A DNA stretch of 39,568 nt. Source: Alphaproteobacteria bacterium. Its GTDB lineage: Bacteria > Pseudomonadota > Alphaproteobacteria > Rs-D84. Location: NCBI GenBank assembly GCA_017546085.1, contig JAFYXQ010000027.1, positions 1 through 39,568 on the forward strand, written 5' to 3'. Below the pieces are notes generated by a model. It did not search any database. It saw only the letters and a program-made list of their open reading frames with translations, and was not told the DNA's origin. Each line of letters starts with the position of its first letter. The stretch's first letter is position 1. This document shows positions 24,503-33,654 of this stretch, in pieces. A program made the translations under genes and the position numbers.

Positions 24503-25144
24503 ATGAAATTTAAGTATATGTTGATAGCAATATCCATGATTCCAATGGCTGCAAATGCCGCGATTCCATATCGTACTGAACAAGTAAAAATGCCAACAAC
24601 ACAAAATGATGACGAAGCCTTTGCGAGCATGCACCGCTTCTATATCGGCGGGGCATATAATTTCGCAATGTGGAACAGTTACACCAATGACAAAGGATTA
24701 AGTATAACGGGTAAAAATTCTTATAATTTTGAAGGCTATGCGGGCATTCGCGTGTACGACACATTCAGAATCGAAGCAAACTATATCCGCACAAATGCAG
24801 AATATAACAAATTAACACTGACTGGCGACACTGTATTCTTGAACGCAATTTGGGATGCACGTATTGACAGCATGTACAGACTGTTTCGCAGTCAATATTT
24901 TATCCCATACGTTGGAATGGGTGCAGGATTATCTTGGAACAGTGCTGATAACGGTGTAAAAATAGGCACGAAGATTTCACCTGTCGTTGCAGCAATGGCC
25001 GGCATCGGAATTGAATTCAATGAAATTTTCGCACTCGATTTCGGTTACAGATATTTTTACATGTTTAACCCAGAAGTTGATTTGATATCTAATCTAAATC
25101 CGACATCACACCAATTCCGTGCGGGCGCACGTATCAGTTTCTGA
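24503..25144 (+). CDS. outer-membrane beta-barrel protein (paralog-like neighbour)
   Basis: Signal peptide ...PMAANA. It shares GMGAGL/GIGAGL and YRYF-type strands with its neighbour. The C-terminus is …GARISF. Confidence 0.7.
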   Translation: MKFKYMLIAISMIPMAANAAIPYRTEQVKMPTTQNDDEAFASMHRFYIGGAYNFAMWNSYTNDKGLSITGKNSYNFEGYAGIRVYDTFRIEANYIRTNAEYNKLTLTGDTVFLNAIWDARIDSMYRLFRSQYFIPYVGMGAGLSWNSADNGVKIGTKISPVVAAMAGIGIEFNEIFALDFGYRYFYMFNPEVDLISNLNPTSHQFRAGARISF

Positions 25145-26079
25145 TGAATAACACAAAAAGATGTCCGTTTATTGAAAAATGCGGCGGCTGTAAATTTGAT
25201 TTTACGGCCGCAGATTATCACGATAAAAAATTATCAGAAATAAAGAACATACCAACAACAGATATGCCGATTTGGTTAACATACGGTAACCGCAGGCGTG
25301 CAGATTTCTGCTTCACAGACAATCAATTTGGATTTTATGAACGCGGAACAAAAAACATAATACCGATTGACAGCTGTCCAAACCTGCTGCCTGATATAAA
25401 CGATATACTGCCATATGTATCGAAATTACCATGGATTGGTGCAGGATCGTGCCTGATAACAAAATGCGAAAACGGTATAGATATTGCAATATCATCGTCC
25501 GTACCATATTTTACACCCGAATTTCGTGATGCAGCACAAAAGATTCCCGCCATTCGTATTTCATGGAATGATAAAATCATAAAACAAACAACGGTACCAA
25601 TTATAAAATTTGAAGACAAAGAAATCGAGTACCCCGTTGCAGCATTCTTGCAACCCAGTGTTACAGGTGCAGACACATTACGTAACATGGTCAAGGAACA
25701 TACGAATAGCGCCACAAAAATTGCGGACCTATTTTGCGGATTAGGCAACTTTACGTTTGTTACAAACGCAGACGGATTTGATGTAGTCGGAACCGGCACA
25801 AAACGTGATTTGTTCAAAAATCCACTAACCACTGGCATGTTGAAACAATACGACTGTGTAATTATGGATCCACCACGTGCCGGCGCGTTCGAACAATGCA
25901 AAACCCTTATAAAAAGCGACGTCCAACGAATTATTTACGTATCCTGTAACCCGAACACATTTTTACGAGATAAGAAGTTACTGAATAACGGTGGATATAA
26001 AACAACAAAAATTATACCCATCGATCAATTTGTTGGCAGCGCACATTGGGAAATATTTGCAATTTTTGATAAAGAATAA
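25144..26079 (+). CDS. SAM-dependent RNA (uracil-5-)-methyltransferase, TrmA/RlmD family, without a TRAM domain
   Basis: N-terminal Cys cluster CPFIEKCGGCKF, plus DLFCGLGNF, MDPPRAG and YVSCNP. The start overlaps the preceding stop (TGATG). Confidence 0.8.
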   Translation: MNNTKRCPFIEKCGGCKFDFTAADYHDKKLSEIKNIPTTDMPIWLTYGNRRRADFCFTDNQFGFYERGTKNIIPIDSCPNLLPDINDILPYVSKLPWIGAGSCLITKCENGIDIAISSSVPYFTPEFRDAAQKIPAIRISWNDKIIKQTTVPIIKFEDKEIEYPVAAFLQPSVTGADTLRNMVKEHTNSATKIADLFCGLGNFTFVTNADGFDVVGTGTKRDLFKNPLTTGMLKQYDCVIMDPPRAGAFEQCKTLIKSDVQRIIYVSCNPNTFLRDKKLLNNGGYKTTKIIPIDQFVGSAHWEIFAIFDKE

Positions 26080-26332
26080 CTTCTAACTTGAAAACCTAAT
26101 CTTTTTATGTTATGTTTATGCATGAAAAGACTTTGGTTCCCCAATATAGGGGCGGGCTGTTAAGGATGACAAGTCGGGGCGTTTTATAAACGTCTGAATG
26201 TACATTGCGAACTGATTTATCGCGATGAACCAATCAAAACAAAAAAAATTAAGCTACTAAAAAGTGTGCAAGGTGTAACACGTATGTTTTTACGTATCAT
26301 GCACTTGCTTTGATTGCAAAGGGGGAATTTGT

Positions 26333-26941
26333 ATGAAATATAAAAAAATCTTTCCGTACGTACTATCAATTGCGATAATGCTGCCGATTACAAATATTGG
26401 GGAATCAACAGAAGAAAAACAAAATTTTAAAGTCAAAGTAAAAAACAAACCGATATTGCCAAAAATAATCGAATCTTATCCACATGGAAACGATGTTGTA
26501 TATGTCTATGATAATGGCGCTGAATATAAACGTAGTGGCGGCACGCGTGCCTGGCGAAACTTTAACCCAGGCAACATCCGTTATTCACAGTTGGCGCGCG
26601 AAAGTGGCGCCATCGGCAAGGCCGGCGGTTTCGCAGTATTTCCAGATGAAAAAATTGGAATTCAGGCATTAAAAAACCTGCTGATGTCCGATGCGTATAA
26701 AAATCTTACCATCGAAGCAGCAATCAATAAATATGCACCACCACACGAAAATGATACAGAACATTATAAAAGATACATAAAGTCAAATACCGAAATTAAA
26801 TCAGGCACAAAAATTTCACAATTAAATGCTGAACAAATGGCTGATTTAATAAAGTTTATAACAATAATAGAAGGCTGGAATAGCGGGACAGAAAAGATTA
26901 TCACGTATGCGGATACGTTAAAAAATGTAAAGGTATTATAA
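26333..26941 (+). CDS. secreted hypothetical protein with an NPGNIR motif
   Basis: Signal-like N-terminus and a GGGGGA-type SD. The motif WRNFNPGNIRY...GFAVFPDEKIGIQAL...YAPPHEND belongs to no family I can name confidently. Confidence 0.55.
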   Translation: MKYKKIFPYVLSIAIMLPITNIGESTEEKQNFKVKVKNKPILPKIIESYPHGNDVVYVYDNGAEYKRSGGTRAWRNFNPGNIRYSQLARESGAIGKAGGFAVFPDEKIGIQALKNLLMSDAYKNLTIEAAINKYAPPHENDTEHYKRYIKSNTEIKSGTKISQLNAEQMADLIKFITIIEGWNSGTEKIITYADTLKNVKVL

Positions 26942-26950
26942 TCAATAAAA

Positions 26951-26974
26951 AAAACGCCGACCGGCGTTTTTTTT
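26951..26974. terminator. bidirectional intrinsic terminator (shared by the 26333 gene and zapA)
   Basis: AAAACGCC-gacc-GGCGTTTT with A- and T-runs on either side. Confidence 0.75.
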
Positions 26975-27251
26975 ATTGCGATATTTTATGCTTTATTTCA
27001 CGAATCCGAGCCAATATTTCACGCAAATCAGCATCTGTTGCGGCGACAGGTGCCTTGTTATTAACCTCATCCGCGAGGACGATACACAACGTTGCCAACA
27101 AGGAAGTTTCCGGCAGAGGGCCAATTTTATCCAATATTTCACGCGCACGCGCATCAACCATGCGCCCCAATTCAATCAAACGCGATTCCTGACCGTCTTC
27201 GCAGCCCATAGGATAGTTTTTATTTACAATCGGTATTGAAACAACGCTCAT
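26973..27251 (-). CDS. zapA: cell division protein ZapA
   Basis: IPIVNKNYPMGCEDGQESRLIELGRMVDARAREI...LLATLCIVLADE fits the ZapA pattern. Confidence 0.78.
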   Translation of the reverse strand: MSVVSIPIVNKNYPMGCEDGQESRLIELGRMVDARAREILDKIGPLPETSLLATLCIVLADEVNNKAPVAATDADLREILARIREIKHKISQ

Positions 27252-27460
27252 TTCTTTAAACTTTCCAGTATAGATATTGATTTATCAATCATTTCTGTGG
27301 CACGTGCATTCTTATCGCGCAATGAACGTACCTGCTCGGTCAAGATGGCAACTTCTAAATCTGTTTGCTTGCCAGCATGTATCGCTGTACCACGAAGACG
27401 GGCGGCAGCATCCTCTAATGATGCCAATTCTTGAAAAATTTGTTGTTTTATATCTGCCAT
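27248..27460 (-). CDS. coiled-coil protein upstream of zapA (DUF4164/ZapB-like)
   Basis: 70-aa heptad-rich ORF. Its stop overlaps the zapA start (ATGA). This position is typical in alphaproteobacteria. Confidence 0.6.
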   Translation of the reverse strand: MADIKQQIFQELASLEDAAARLRGTAIHAGKQTDLEVAILTEQVRSLRDKNARATEMIDKSISILESLKK

Positions 27461-27505
27461 GTATGCATATTAAGATATTTTTTATATGCGTTCAACCCCA
27501 AAATG

Positions 27506-27514
27506 TGATATAAT
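27506..27514 (+). promoter_or_regulatory. extended -10 promoter element
   Basis: TGaTATAAT, about 30 nt upstream of the ATG at 27544. Confidence 0.4.
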
Positions 27515-27543
27515 GGTCGCATGTATTGTGGGGGATAGATTAT

Positions 27544-28533
27544 ATGAAAACAAAAATCATTTATATTTCAGGCAACGAAATCTTTGAAATGGCGGAAATC
27601 CGCGCTGCTTTTGATGAAGTGCGCAGTGCACTGGGACTGGATAAGGATACGATTTTATTTGGTGTGCCCGTTGATAATGACAATGCACTGTCAAATGTAG
27701 ATTCTATCAAAGAAACAAAAACAATCACATCCGTACAGACAATCGATTCAGAACCTGTTGAATTTATTGAAGAAACAGAGCAAGTCGCCGAAATTACCAC
27801 AACTGAACACGAACCAGAAATTATAAATGAAGTGTCCGAATCGAATAATCCTGAATTCATTGAAGAAGAAACAGAAGCAGCAGCCCCACAACAAGAACAA
27901 TCTGAAAAAGTTATCCCAATTCTATCCGTACTGGCAAGCAAGACAATCGAACCAGATCCAGTCAACGAAGATATGACAGACGATATAGAACCTAAAAAAA
28001 CTGAAACCGAAGAAACGTTTTTTTCAGAACCAGAAATTGTTACAGATATCAATATAACATCTGAAATTTCTGCGCCGGTTATTAATGACAATCAGGTTGA
28101 AATCGAAAAAACAACGATTGTAAATATGATTGAAGAACCTGCCCCTGTCGCGCAGCAAGAAAAAACAATCGAAGAATTGCTTGAAAGCATGAAACCATTA
28201 CGAGAAGATATTGCTGCAGAAGAAAATATGATATCAGATGATGCCCCCATATCTGATGAAGATAATTTTCTGGATGCGGAAACGGATGCGACACTCGAAC
28301 AGCTGGCGTCCGAATTCGCACAAAACGAAGATAAAATTATTATACCCGAAAAAAGTCAGCCACAGGGAAAAATTGGCAAATTAAAAAATATTCTTCCGTT
28401 TAAAAAGGCAAAGCGCGATGACAACAGCCTGATGGGTGATTTGTTTGGCTGGGCTGGAATCGCAGCAAACGATGACGATTTTGCAATACCAGGATTCTTT
28501 GCAAATGCAGGTCAAAAAAAACAGGGTGCATAA
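27544..28533 (+). CDS. highly acidic low-complexity protein
   Basis: Start moved from the TTG at 27526 to the ATG at 27544 (GGGGGA SD). It has a roughly 50-aa folded-looking N-terminus, a long E/D/T/I-rich region, and a basic-then-hydrophobic C-terminus (KIGKLKNILPFKKAKR...LFGWAGIAANDDDFAIPGFF). Confidence 0.6.
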   Translation: MKTKIIYISGNEIFEMAEIRAAFDEVRSALGLDKDTILFGVPVDNDNALSNVDSIKETKTITSVQTIDSEPVEFIEETEQVAEITTTEHEPEIINEVSESNNPEFIEEETEAAAPQQEQSEKVIPILSVLASKTIEPDPVNEDMTDDIEPKKTETEETFFSEPEIVTDINITSEISAPVINDNQVEIEKTTIVNMIEEPAPVAQQEKTIEELLESMKPLREDIAAEENMISDDAPISDEDNFLDAETDATLEQLASEFAQNEDKIIIPEKSQPQGKIGKLKNILPFKKAKRDDNSLMGDLFGWAGIAANDDDFAIPGFFANAGQKKQGA

Positions 28534-28539
28534 TAAATT

Positions 28540-29004
28540 ATGGACACAGGATCAATTCTTAGATTACTAAAAAATTCTGGGTTTCATAATCTGAAAGTTG
28601 ACTCTCAATTCGTTTACATGGAAGATCCTTCTTGCATTCTGCGCGGATTCGAGGATTTTGTAGGCTACGCATGGATTTTTGTTACAATTATAACAGGAAT
28701 ACTGTTGGTCGGATGGGCAATCGCACTTATTCGCGGTGCAAAAATTTCTGATTTGGGCGAAAATATAAAATACCTTGTACTAATGTTTGGGGTGTTATCA
28801 TTGGCATACCCAATAATGAACGTCATATTTGGTTCTGATATGTTTGCTAGTGGATGCAAAACAATTTCTGTACCTATTGAAGAAGTTAATGAGCTGCTTG
28901 AACAGCGCAAGAAAGAATTTGATAAATATAACGAATTTGAAGAATTTGAGATTATTGATATTATTGATTCTGGCGTAACAATACCCACAGAAGAATTAAT
29001 GTAA
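28540..29004 (+). CDS. hypothetical membrane protein
   Basis: 154 aa with two TM helices (YAWIFVTIITGILLVGWAIALI and YLVLMFGVLSLAYPIMNVIF). Confidence 0.55.
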   Translation: MDTGSILRLLKNSGFHNLKVDSQFVYMEDPSCILRGFEDFVGYAWIFVTIITGILLVGWAIALIRGAKISDLGENIKYLVLMFGVLSLAYPIMNVIFGSDMFASGCKTISVPIEEVNELLEQRKKEFDKYNEFEEFEIIDIIDSGVTIPTEELM

Positions 29005-29010
29005 ATTTTA

Positions 29011-29712
29011 CTATTTCTCGAAAGATGACATTAACCATAAATTTGATTCCGCAAGCGAGAATATATTCCCACTTCTAGTTACGAGCAAATGGTCAATTAA
29101 TCTTATACCTATTGAATTCAACGCATAATGTAACACAGTGGTTACCGCAGTATCAGCTTCTGAAAAGGAATTTTCAGAACAAGGGTGATTATGTACCAAT
29201 AAAACTGCGGATGCGTTTAAATTCAATGCACGTGAACAAATTTCACGCACATAAATCGATGTTTCATCGACAGTACCACGAGAATGAACTTCGTCTGATA
29301 TAAGACGCATGTCGCTGCCCAGGTATAAAACATGCGATTCTTCGACTGTTTTTCCCATCGCCAATCTGCGACAATATTCACGCATAAATTTTTCATCTGA
29401 TAAATACGTTTCTGATTTTGTACGTTCGGAATATGAAATCAAATCAAGACTGTGAAATAATTTTAATAGAATTGCTGTATTACGACCAACGCCATCTATT
29501 TTGACCAGTTCTTCAAACGGTGCATGTAAAACAAAATAAATACCACCATAATGTTCAATCAATTTTCGTGCCAAAACACGAACGTCGCAACGCGGGATAG
29601 AATATGTTAACAACAATTCCAACTGTTCGCATTCCGTCAATTTGTCCGATAAAAATTTTTCTTTTAATCGTTCACGATGACCAGTATGAAACAGCAAGTC
29701 TGTTTTTGACAT
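29011..29712 (-). CDS. radC: RadC-family JAB-domain protein
   Basis: The N-terminus GHRERLKEKF, a helix-hairpin-helix region and the JAMM-like HNHPCSENSFSEAD are present. Confidence 0.88.
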   Translation of the reverse strand: MSKTDLLFHTGHRERLKEKFLSDKLTECEQLELLLTYSIPRCDVRVLARKLIEHYGGIYFVLHAPFEELVKIDGVGRNTAILLKLFHSLDLISYSERTKSETYLSDEKFMREYCRRLAMGKTVEESHVLYLGSDMRLISDEVHSRGTVDETSIYVREICSRALNLNASAVLLVHNHPCSENSFSEADTAVTTVLHYALNSIGIRLIDHLLVTRSGNIFSLAESNLWLMSSFEK

Positions 29713-30479
29713 TATTCACGAACCATCTTTTCTGTAAATATAACCGCACCATCTTCGGTGATGCCGATTGTATGTTCCCACTGAGCAGATAAACCACCAT
29801 CTACTGTACGCGCTGTCCAACCGTCTGCATCAATTTTACATTCTGCAGATCCAGTATTAATCATTGGTTCAATTGTAAAAACCAAACCTGGAACCATCTT
29901 TACCTTGTCCCAGCGTTTATCATAAAAATGGTAGATTTGTGGATCATCATGCATAACCTTGCCGATACCATGTCCAACAAAATCACGCGATATTGAAAAG
30001 CCATGCGGTTTTACAACCGCTTCTATAGTTTTTCCAATTTCTGATAGCGGAACACCAGGGGCACAAATTGAAATCGCTGCATTTAGCGCATCTTGACACA
30101 CCTGAACCAACTTACGCGCCTGTGGGGACACTTTGCCAATCATAAACATACGCGACGCGTCGCCGTGAAACCCCTTGAATTCGGCCGTTAAATCAACATT
30201 TACGATATCGCCATCTTTTAAAACAACATCATCGCTGGGGATTCCATGTACAATAACATCATTTACAGATGTGCAGATATTTTTTGGATATCCCTGATAA
30301 CCCAAATCGGATGAACGGGCGCCGTTTTCTTTTAAAAACATAGCAACCATTCTGTCTATTTCACCAGTCGATATTCCCGCCTTAATATGCGGTGATATAA
30401 AATCAAAACAACGCGCAACAATGTCGCCAACCGCACGTAAACGTTTAAAATCCTTGGGTGCATATACAGATGATATCAT
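29712..30479 (-). CDS. map: type I methionine aminopeptidase
   Basis: The metal-ligand context DIVNVD, GFHGD, VGHGIG, TIEP and WEHT is present. Confidence 0.95.
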   Translation of the reverse strand: MISSVYAPKDFKRLRAVGDIVARCFDFISPHIKAGISTGEIDRMVAMFLKENGARSSDLGYQGYPKNICTSVNDVIVHGIPSDDVVLKDGDIVNVDLTAEFKGFHGDASRMFMIGKVSPQARKLVQVCQDALNAAISICAPGVPLSEIGKTIEAVVKPHGFSISRDFVGHGIGKVMHDDPQIYHFYDKRWDKVKMVPGLVFTIEPMINTGSAECKIDADGWTARTVDGGLSAQWEHTIGITEDGAVIFTEKMVRE

Positions 30480-30481
30480 TT

Positions 30482-31471
30482 TTAATTCCTTCGTTTTATC
30501 GCCAATCGTGCGGCACGTGCCGATAATTTTAATGCAAAATCACGCACTAAAACCTCACCCGGCATGCCAGTAGTTCGCAATTGACGTTCAAGTTCATTTA
30601 GACGTATTAAAACCGATGTTATTTCTGATTCAGACCATATTTTTATTGCAGTCTTAAATTTTTCTTCAACCTTCCAAAACAAACGCGGTAACTGACCATT
30701 CACAACCGCAGTTTGCAATTTCTTGAAATGAGAATCTAATACGCGGATTAACATATTTGGTTCCTTGTTATCATATAACAACCTATCCAACGCCATCATC
30801 GTTTGTGGAATATGTCCTGCTGTTAACGAATATATAAAATCATCCATGTCCGCCGCACCCGTATCAGGCAAACATTTTTCAACATCTGTTAATTCAACGA
30901 TACGCTTATCATCAACATATAAGGCAATCTTTTTTAGGAACCCGCGTGTAATTCCCCTATCCCCACCAAGATGCGATGTCATATACGCCATTGCATCTGG
31001 GGTTATTTGCTGAATTCCAGCAGACGCAGATAATTCGTTTCTTATTAATGTTGCCAACGTTCGGGCATCGTCTGTATAACACGCTAATGCGGCCATATCA
31101 TCTGCGCCTTCGAACAAGGAACGCAATCCTCCGCCCGCACGCAAATCACCCGATGTAACAATAACCGTTGCACACAATCCAGAATGCGATACCAATTCTG
31201 CAATAATTTTGGCACAAGAATCGCCCGCATTTGAAATCATTACCATTTTACGACCACCAAACATTGATGGCATACAAGCCTCTGCAAAAAGAGCATCTTG
31301 CTTTTCACGCAAATCATCGGAATCCAGCGCAAATAAATTATCTTTTTCAATCCCCAGTTTTTCAATTGCCAAATCACAATATTCATCAACCTGACCCGCA
31401 TCAGGGCCATATATCAAAACTGCACGAATTTTCTCAATACCGGATTTAAAATCGGAATCACGCCACTTCAT
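30482..31471 (-). CDS. holA: DNA polymerase III delta subunit
   Basis: 329 aa with IRAVLIYGPDAG at the N-terminus. It sits immediately downstream of lptE, the conserved lptE-holA arrangement. Confidence 0.82.
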   Translation of the reverse strand: MKWRDSDFKSGIEKIRAVLIYGPDAGQVDEYCDLAIEKLGIEKDNLFALDSDDLREKQDALFAEACMPSMFGGRKMVMISNAGDSCAKIIAELVSHSGLCATVIVTSGDLRAGGGLRSLFEGADDMAALACYTDDARTLATLIRNELSASAGIQQITPDAMAYMTSHLGGDRGITRGFLKKIALYVDDKRIVELTDVEKCLPDTGAADMDDFIYSLTAGHIPQTMMALDRLLYDNKEPNMLIRVLDSHFKKLQTAVVNGQLPRLFWKVEEKFKTAIKIWSESEITSVLIRLNELERQLRTTGMPGEVLVRDFALKLSARAARLAIKRRN

Positions 31472-31950
31472 TACTTATCACTTCCCGCTGTGGAATATTT
31501 ATGCGTTTCAGCAATTGCACGCGCGCTTATCTTTTCTGCCAAAACGCGTATCGTGTTTTGAACCGCATTATTATATGATGCATTCGACGCAACCAGATAA
31601 CGCACAAAGGTATATGATTCAGACGCCGTTTCTGTACCTGTTGCGATATCTTTGCCATTTACACTTAATCGGTATGTTGCTGACAATGATACTTCCTGCC
31701 ATGATGCATCACCAGTTTGTTCCAACGCCTTGTACTGAGTAACCGGATTGTTTAGCATAACGGTTAGTGTATATTTTGCATTCTGTTCACGTTGGCCACC
31801 AAATTTTGCCCATAATACATTACGTAAATCAATTCCATTTATGCCACTGATTGGCGCAACGTAAATATCAGTATCTGTGCCTGAAAACATCGGTGTAAAA
31901 CCACAGCCAAATATACACAAAGAAATTACGATTAATAAAATTTTTTTCAT
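31471..31950 (-). CDS. lptE: LPS-assembly lipoprotein LptE
   Basis: Start moved to MKKILLIVISLCIFGCGF, which contains a lipobox. Its stop overlaps the holA start. Confidence 0.68.
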   Translation of the reverse strand: MKKILLIVISLCIFGCGFTPMFSGTDTDIYVAPISGINGIDLRNVLWAKFGGQREQNAKYTLTVMLNNPVTQYKALEQTGDASWQEVSLSATYRLSVNGKDIATGTETASESYTFVRYLVASNASYNNAVQNTIRVLAEKISARAIAETHKYSTAGSDK

Positions 31951-32016
31951 TTTTTCTGTTTTCCTGTTGCAATTTATTTCTATATTACCTAGACTTTTTA
32001 TAAATCGCAAGGGGGA

Positions 32017-33258
32017 ATGATGAATATTTTTATCATGATTTTAGTTTTCTTGTTTATGGCGGGCTATTACATGCTTGGTACCCCCAATCAAAAAATAGAA
32101 CAACACGATACAGAATATGCAATTACGCAGTCTGATTTACGTGCAGTTGCACAATGCGCTGCGACTGCACATAATATGCAAATTAATGGCGCAGTATTTG
32201 AAGATATATGTATCGAACAAAACAACGTTATCAGTCAATTTATTTGCCTTGATAAACGATTACGTGTTACCCCATGCGAGGTGGCAAAGAATAAAAAACC
32301 ACAATATAGCTATATAATCACTGCAACTGCACCAATTGACGATTCTGAACACAATAAAATGATGGAGATTATGGAAAATTATTATTCAGAATCTGGTACG
32401 TTTGGCATATTCCAAGACGGCACAATTATGTCCGGGGGAACCACAACAAAACGAATTGTCCCAGCAGAATTGATTAAACAATTAGAACTGCAAAATGGTC
32501 AGCTGGTATATCTGACACAATATGATTTACCAGATACGAGCACAGAATACAATACAACGCCCGTACCTGATATAATTTGCCCCACAGGCACAGCAAAAGC
32601 ATATCGTTTTGGACGTTGGCAATGTATTGGTATCAACATCAAAACAGATTGTGGTGGCGATATGATTTGGGATTCAGATATTTCAGAATGCGTTCCTGAT
32701 GAATCAAGAAAACCACTATGCGCAGATACACAGACCGCTGTTATGGTTGATGATGTTTGGGAATGTATTAACCCATTCCCTGAAAAGGCATGCCCTACAG
32801 ATATGATCGCGCGATTGAATTATAATATACTTGAATGGGAATGTGTTGTCGATCCAAACAAAACCAAGGATTCAAAAAAATGCAATACAGTTATTAGCGA
32901 TGCCATTTATGGCGTCTTAGGAACAACATTGCGTGTACCGCAATCATCGTGCACAAATTGTGAACGATTGGTTACAGATATGGAAACGTGTGTTTCATAT
33001 TGCGTACCAGATGCAACCAAGGTTAATTCACCTGAATGCTATCCAGGGAATGTGCGTGAATGCAGCGGTTCAAATCGCGCATTCTATTTTGGATTTCCAA
33101 ATCGCAATTATATCGCAAACATCAAAGATTTTGCGGATGTTACGATACCGCTCGATAAATTACATTCACAAAACAGAAAATTTAACTGCCTTGATTGTGG
33201 CGACGGCGAGATAAATGACGCGTTATCCAAACCGCCTTTTGTCGCCGTATGTAAATAA
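32017..33258 (+). CDS. membrane-anchored Cys-rich hypothetical protein
   Basis: N-terminal TM helix IFIMILVFLFMAGYYML. The C-terminal half is rich in Cys and has the motif C-x(11-14)-W-[QE]-C-[IV] repeated three times. Confidence 0.6.
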   Translation: MMNIFIMILVFLFMAGYYMLGTPNQKIEQHDTEYAITQSDLRAVAQCAATAHNMQINGAVFEDICIEQNNVISQFICLDKRLRVTPCEVAKNKKPQYSYIITATAPIDDSEHNKMMEIMENYYSESGTFGIFQDGTIMSGGTTTKRIVPAELIKQLELQNGQLVYLTQYDLPDTSTEYNTTPVPDIICPTGTAKAYRFGRWQCIGINIKTDCGGDMIWDSDISECVPDESRKPLCADTQTAVMVDDVWECINPFPEKACPTDMIARLNYNILEWECVVDPNKTKDSKKCNTVISDAIYGVLGTTLRVPQSSCTNCERLVTDMETCVSYCVPDATKVNSPECYPGNVRECSGSNRAFYFGFPNRNYIANIKDFADVTIPLDKLHSQNRKFNCLDCGDGEINDALSKPPFVAVCK

Positions 33259-33282
33259 AAAAAGCCCGAACGGGCTTTTTTT
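33258..33282. terminator. bidirectional intrinsic terminator
   Basis: AAAAAGCCC-gaac-GGGCTTTTTTT. Confidence 0.75.
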
Positions 33283-33532
33283 ATCGCTGACGTTGAATTT
33301 CATATAACATATTTAATCTATCATATGTATCGCGTGTTAATTTACGCAAGGCAATTAAATCCCTGTTCATATCACCAATACAGCGGCCTGCCTGACCGTA
33401 TATTTTACGATTAGAATGATTTTCAGCCATATAAACTTCACAATAGCGCATACGGCGTACCAAATCATCCATCTTTTGATTGTATTCACGCAAAGCTTCT
33501 TCTAAAAATTTTATCTGTTGTTCCAGTGTCAT
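33281..33532 (-). CDS. hypothetical coiled-coil protein
   Basis: 83-aa ORF. I recognise no family. Confidence 0.45.
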   Translation of the reverse strand: MTLEQQIKFLEEALREYNQKMDDLVRRMRYCEVYMAENHSNRKIYGQAGRCIGDMNRDLIALRKLTRDTYDRLNMLYEIQRQR

Positions 33533-33654
33533 TATATATTTTCCATGTTATTTTACACCAATAATAACACACAAAAACATTTTGTCAATATAAAATTATA
33601 AATATATGGGGGACCTTGCCCCCATATTCACATCAAATATAAATCCAACAGGAT

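Noticed and set aside
26088-26332. Possible sRNA or riboswitch in the 250-nt intergenic region upstream of the secreted NPGNIR-motif protein
   Set aside because: There are only short hairpins (CCCC-aatata-GGGG and a 7-bp stem), a weak promoter match (TTGAAA-17-TATGTT) and no terminator. I recognise no riboswitch core.
27561-28091. 176-aa Ser-rich minus-strand ORF
   Set aside because: It is the antisense shadow of the GAA/GAT-rich acidic gene and has no start context.
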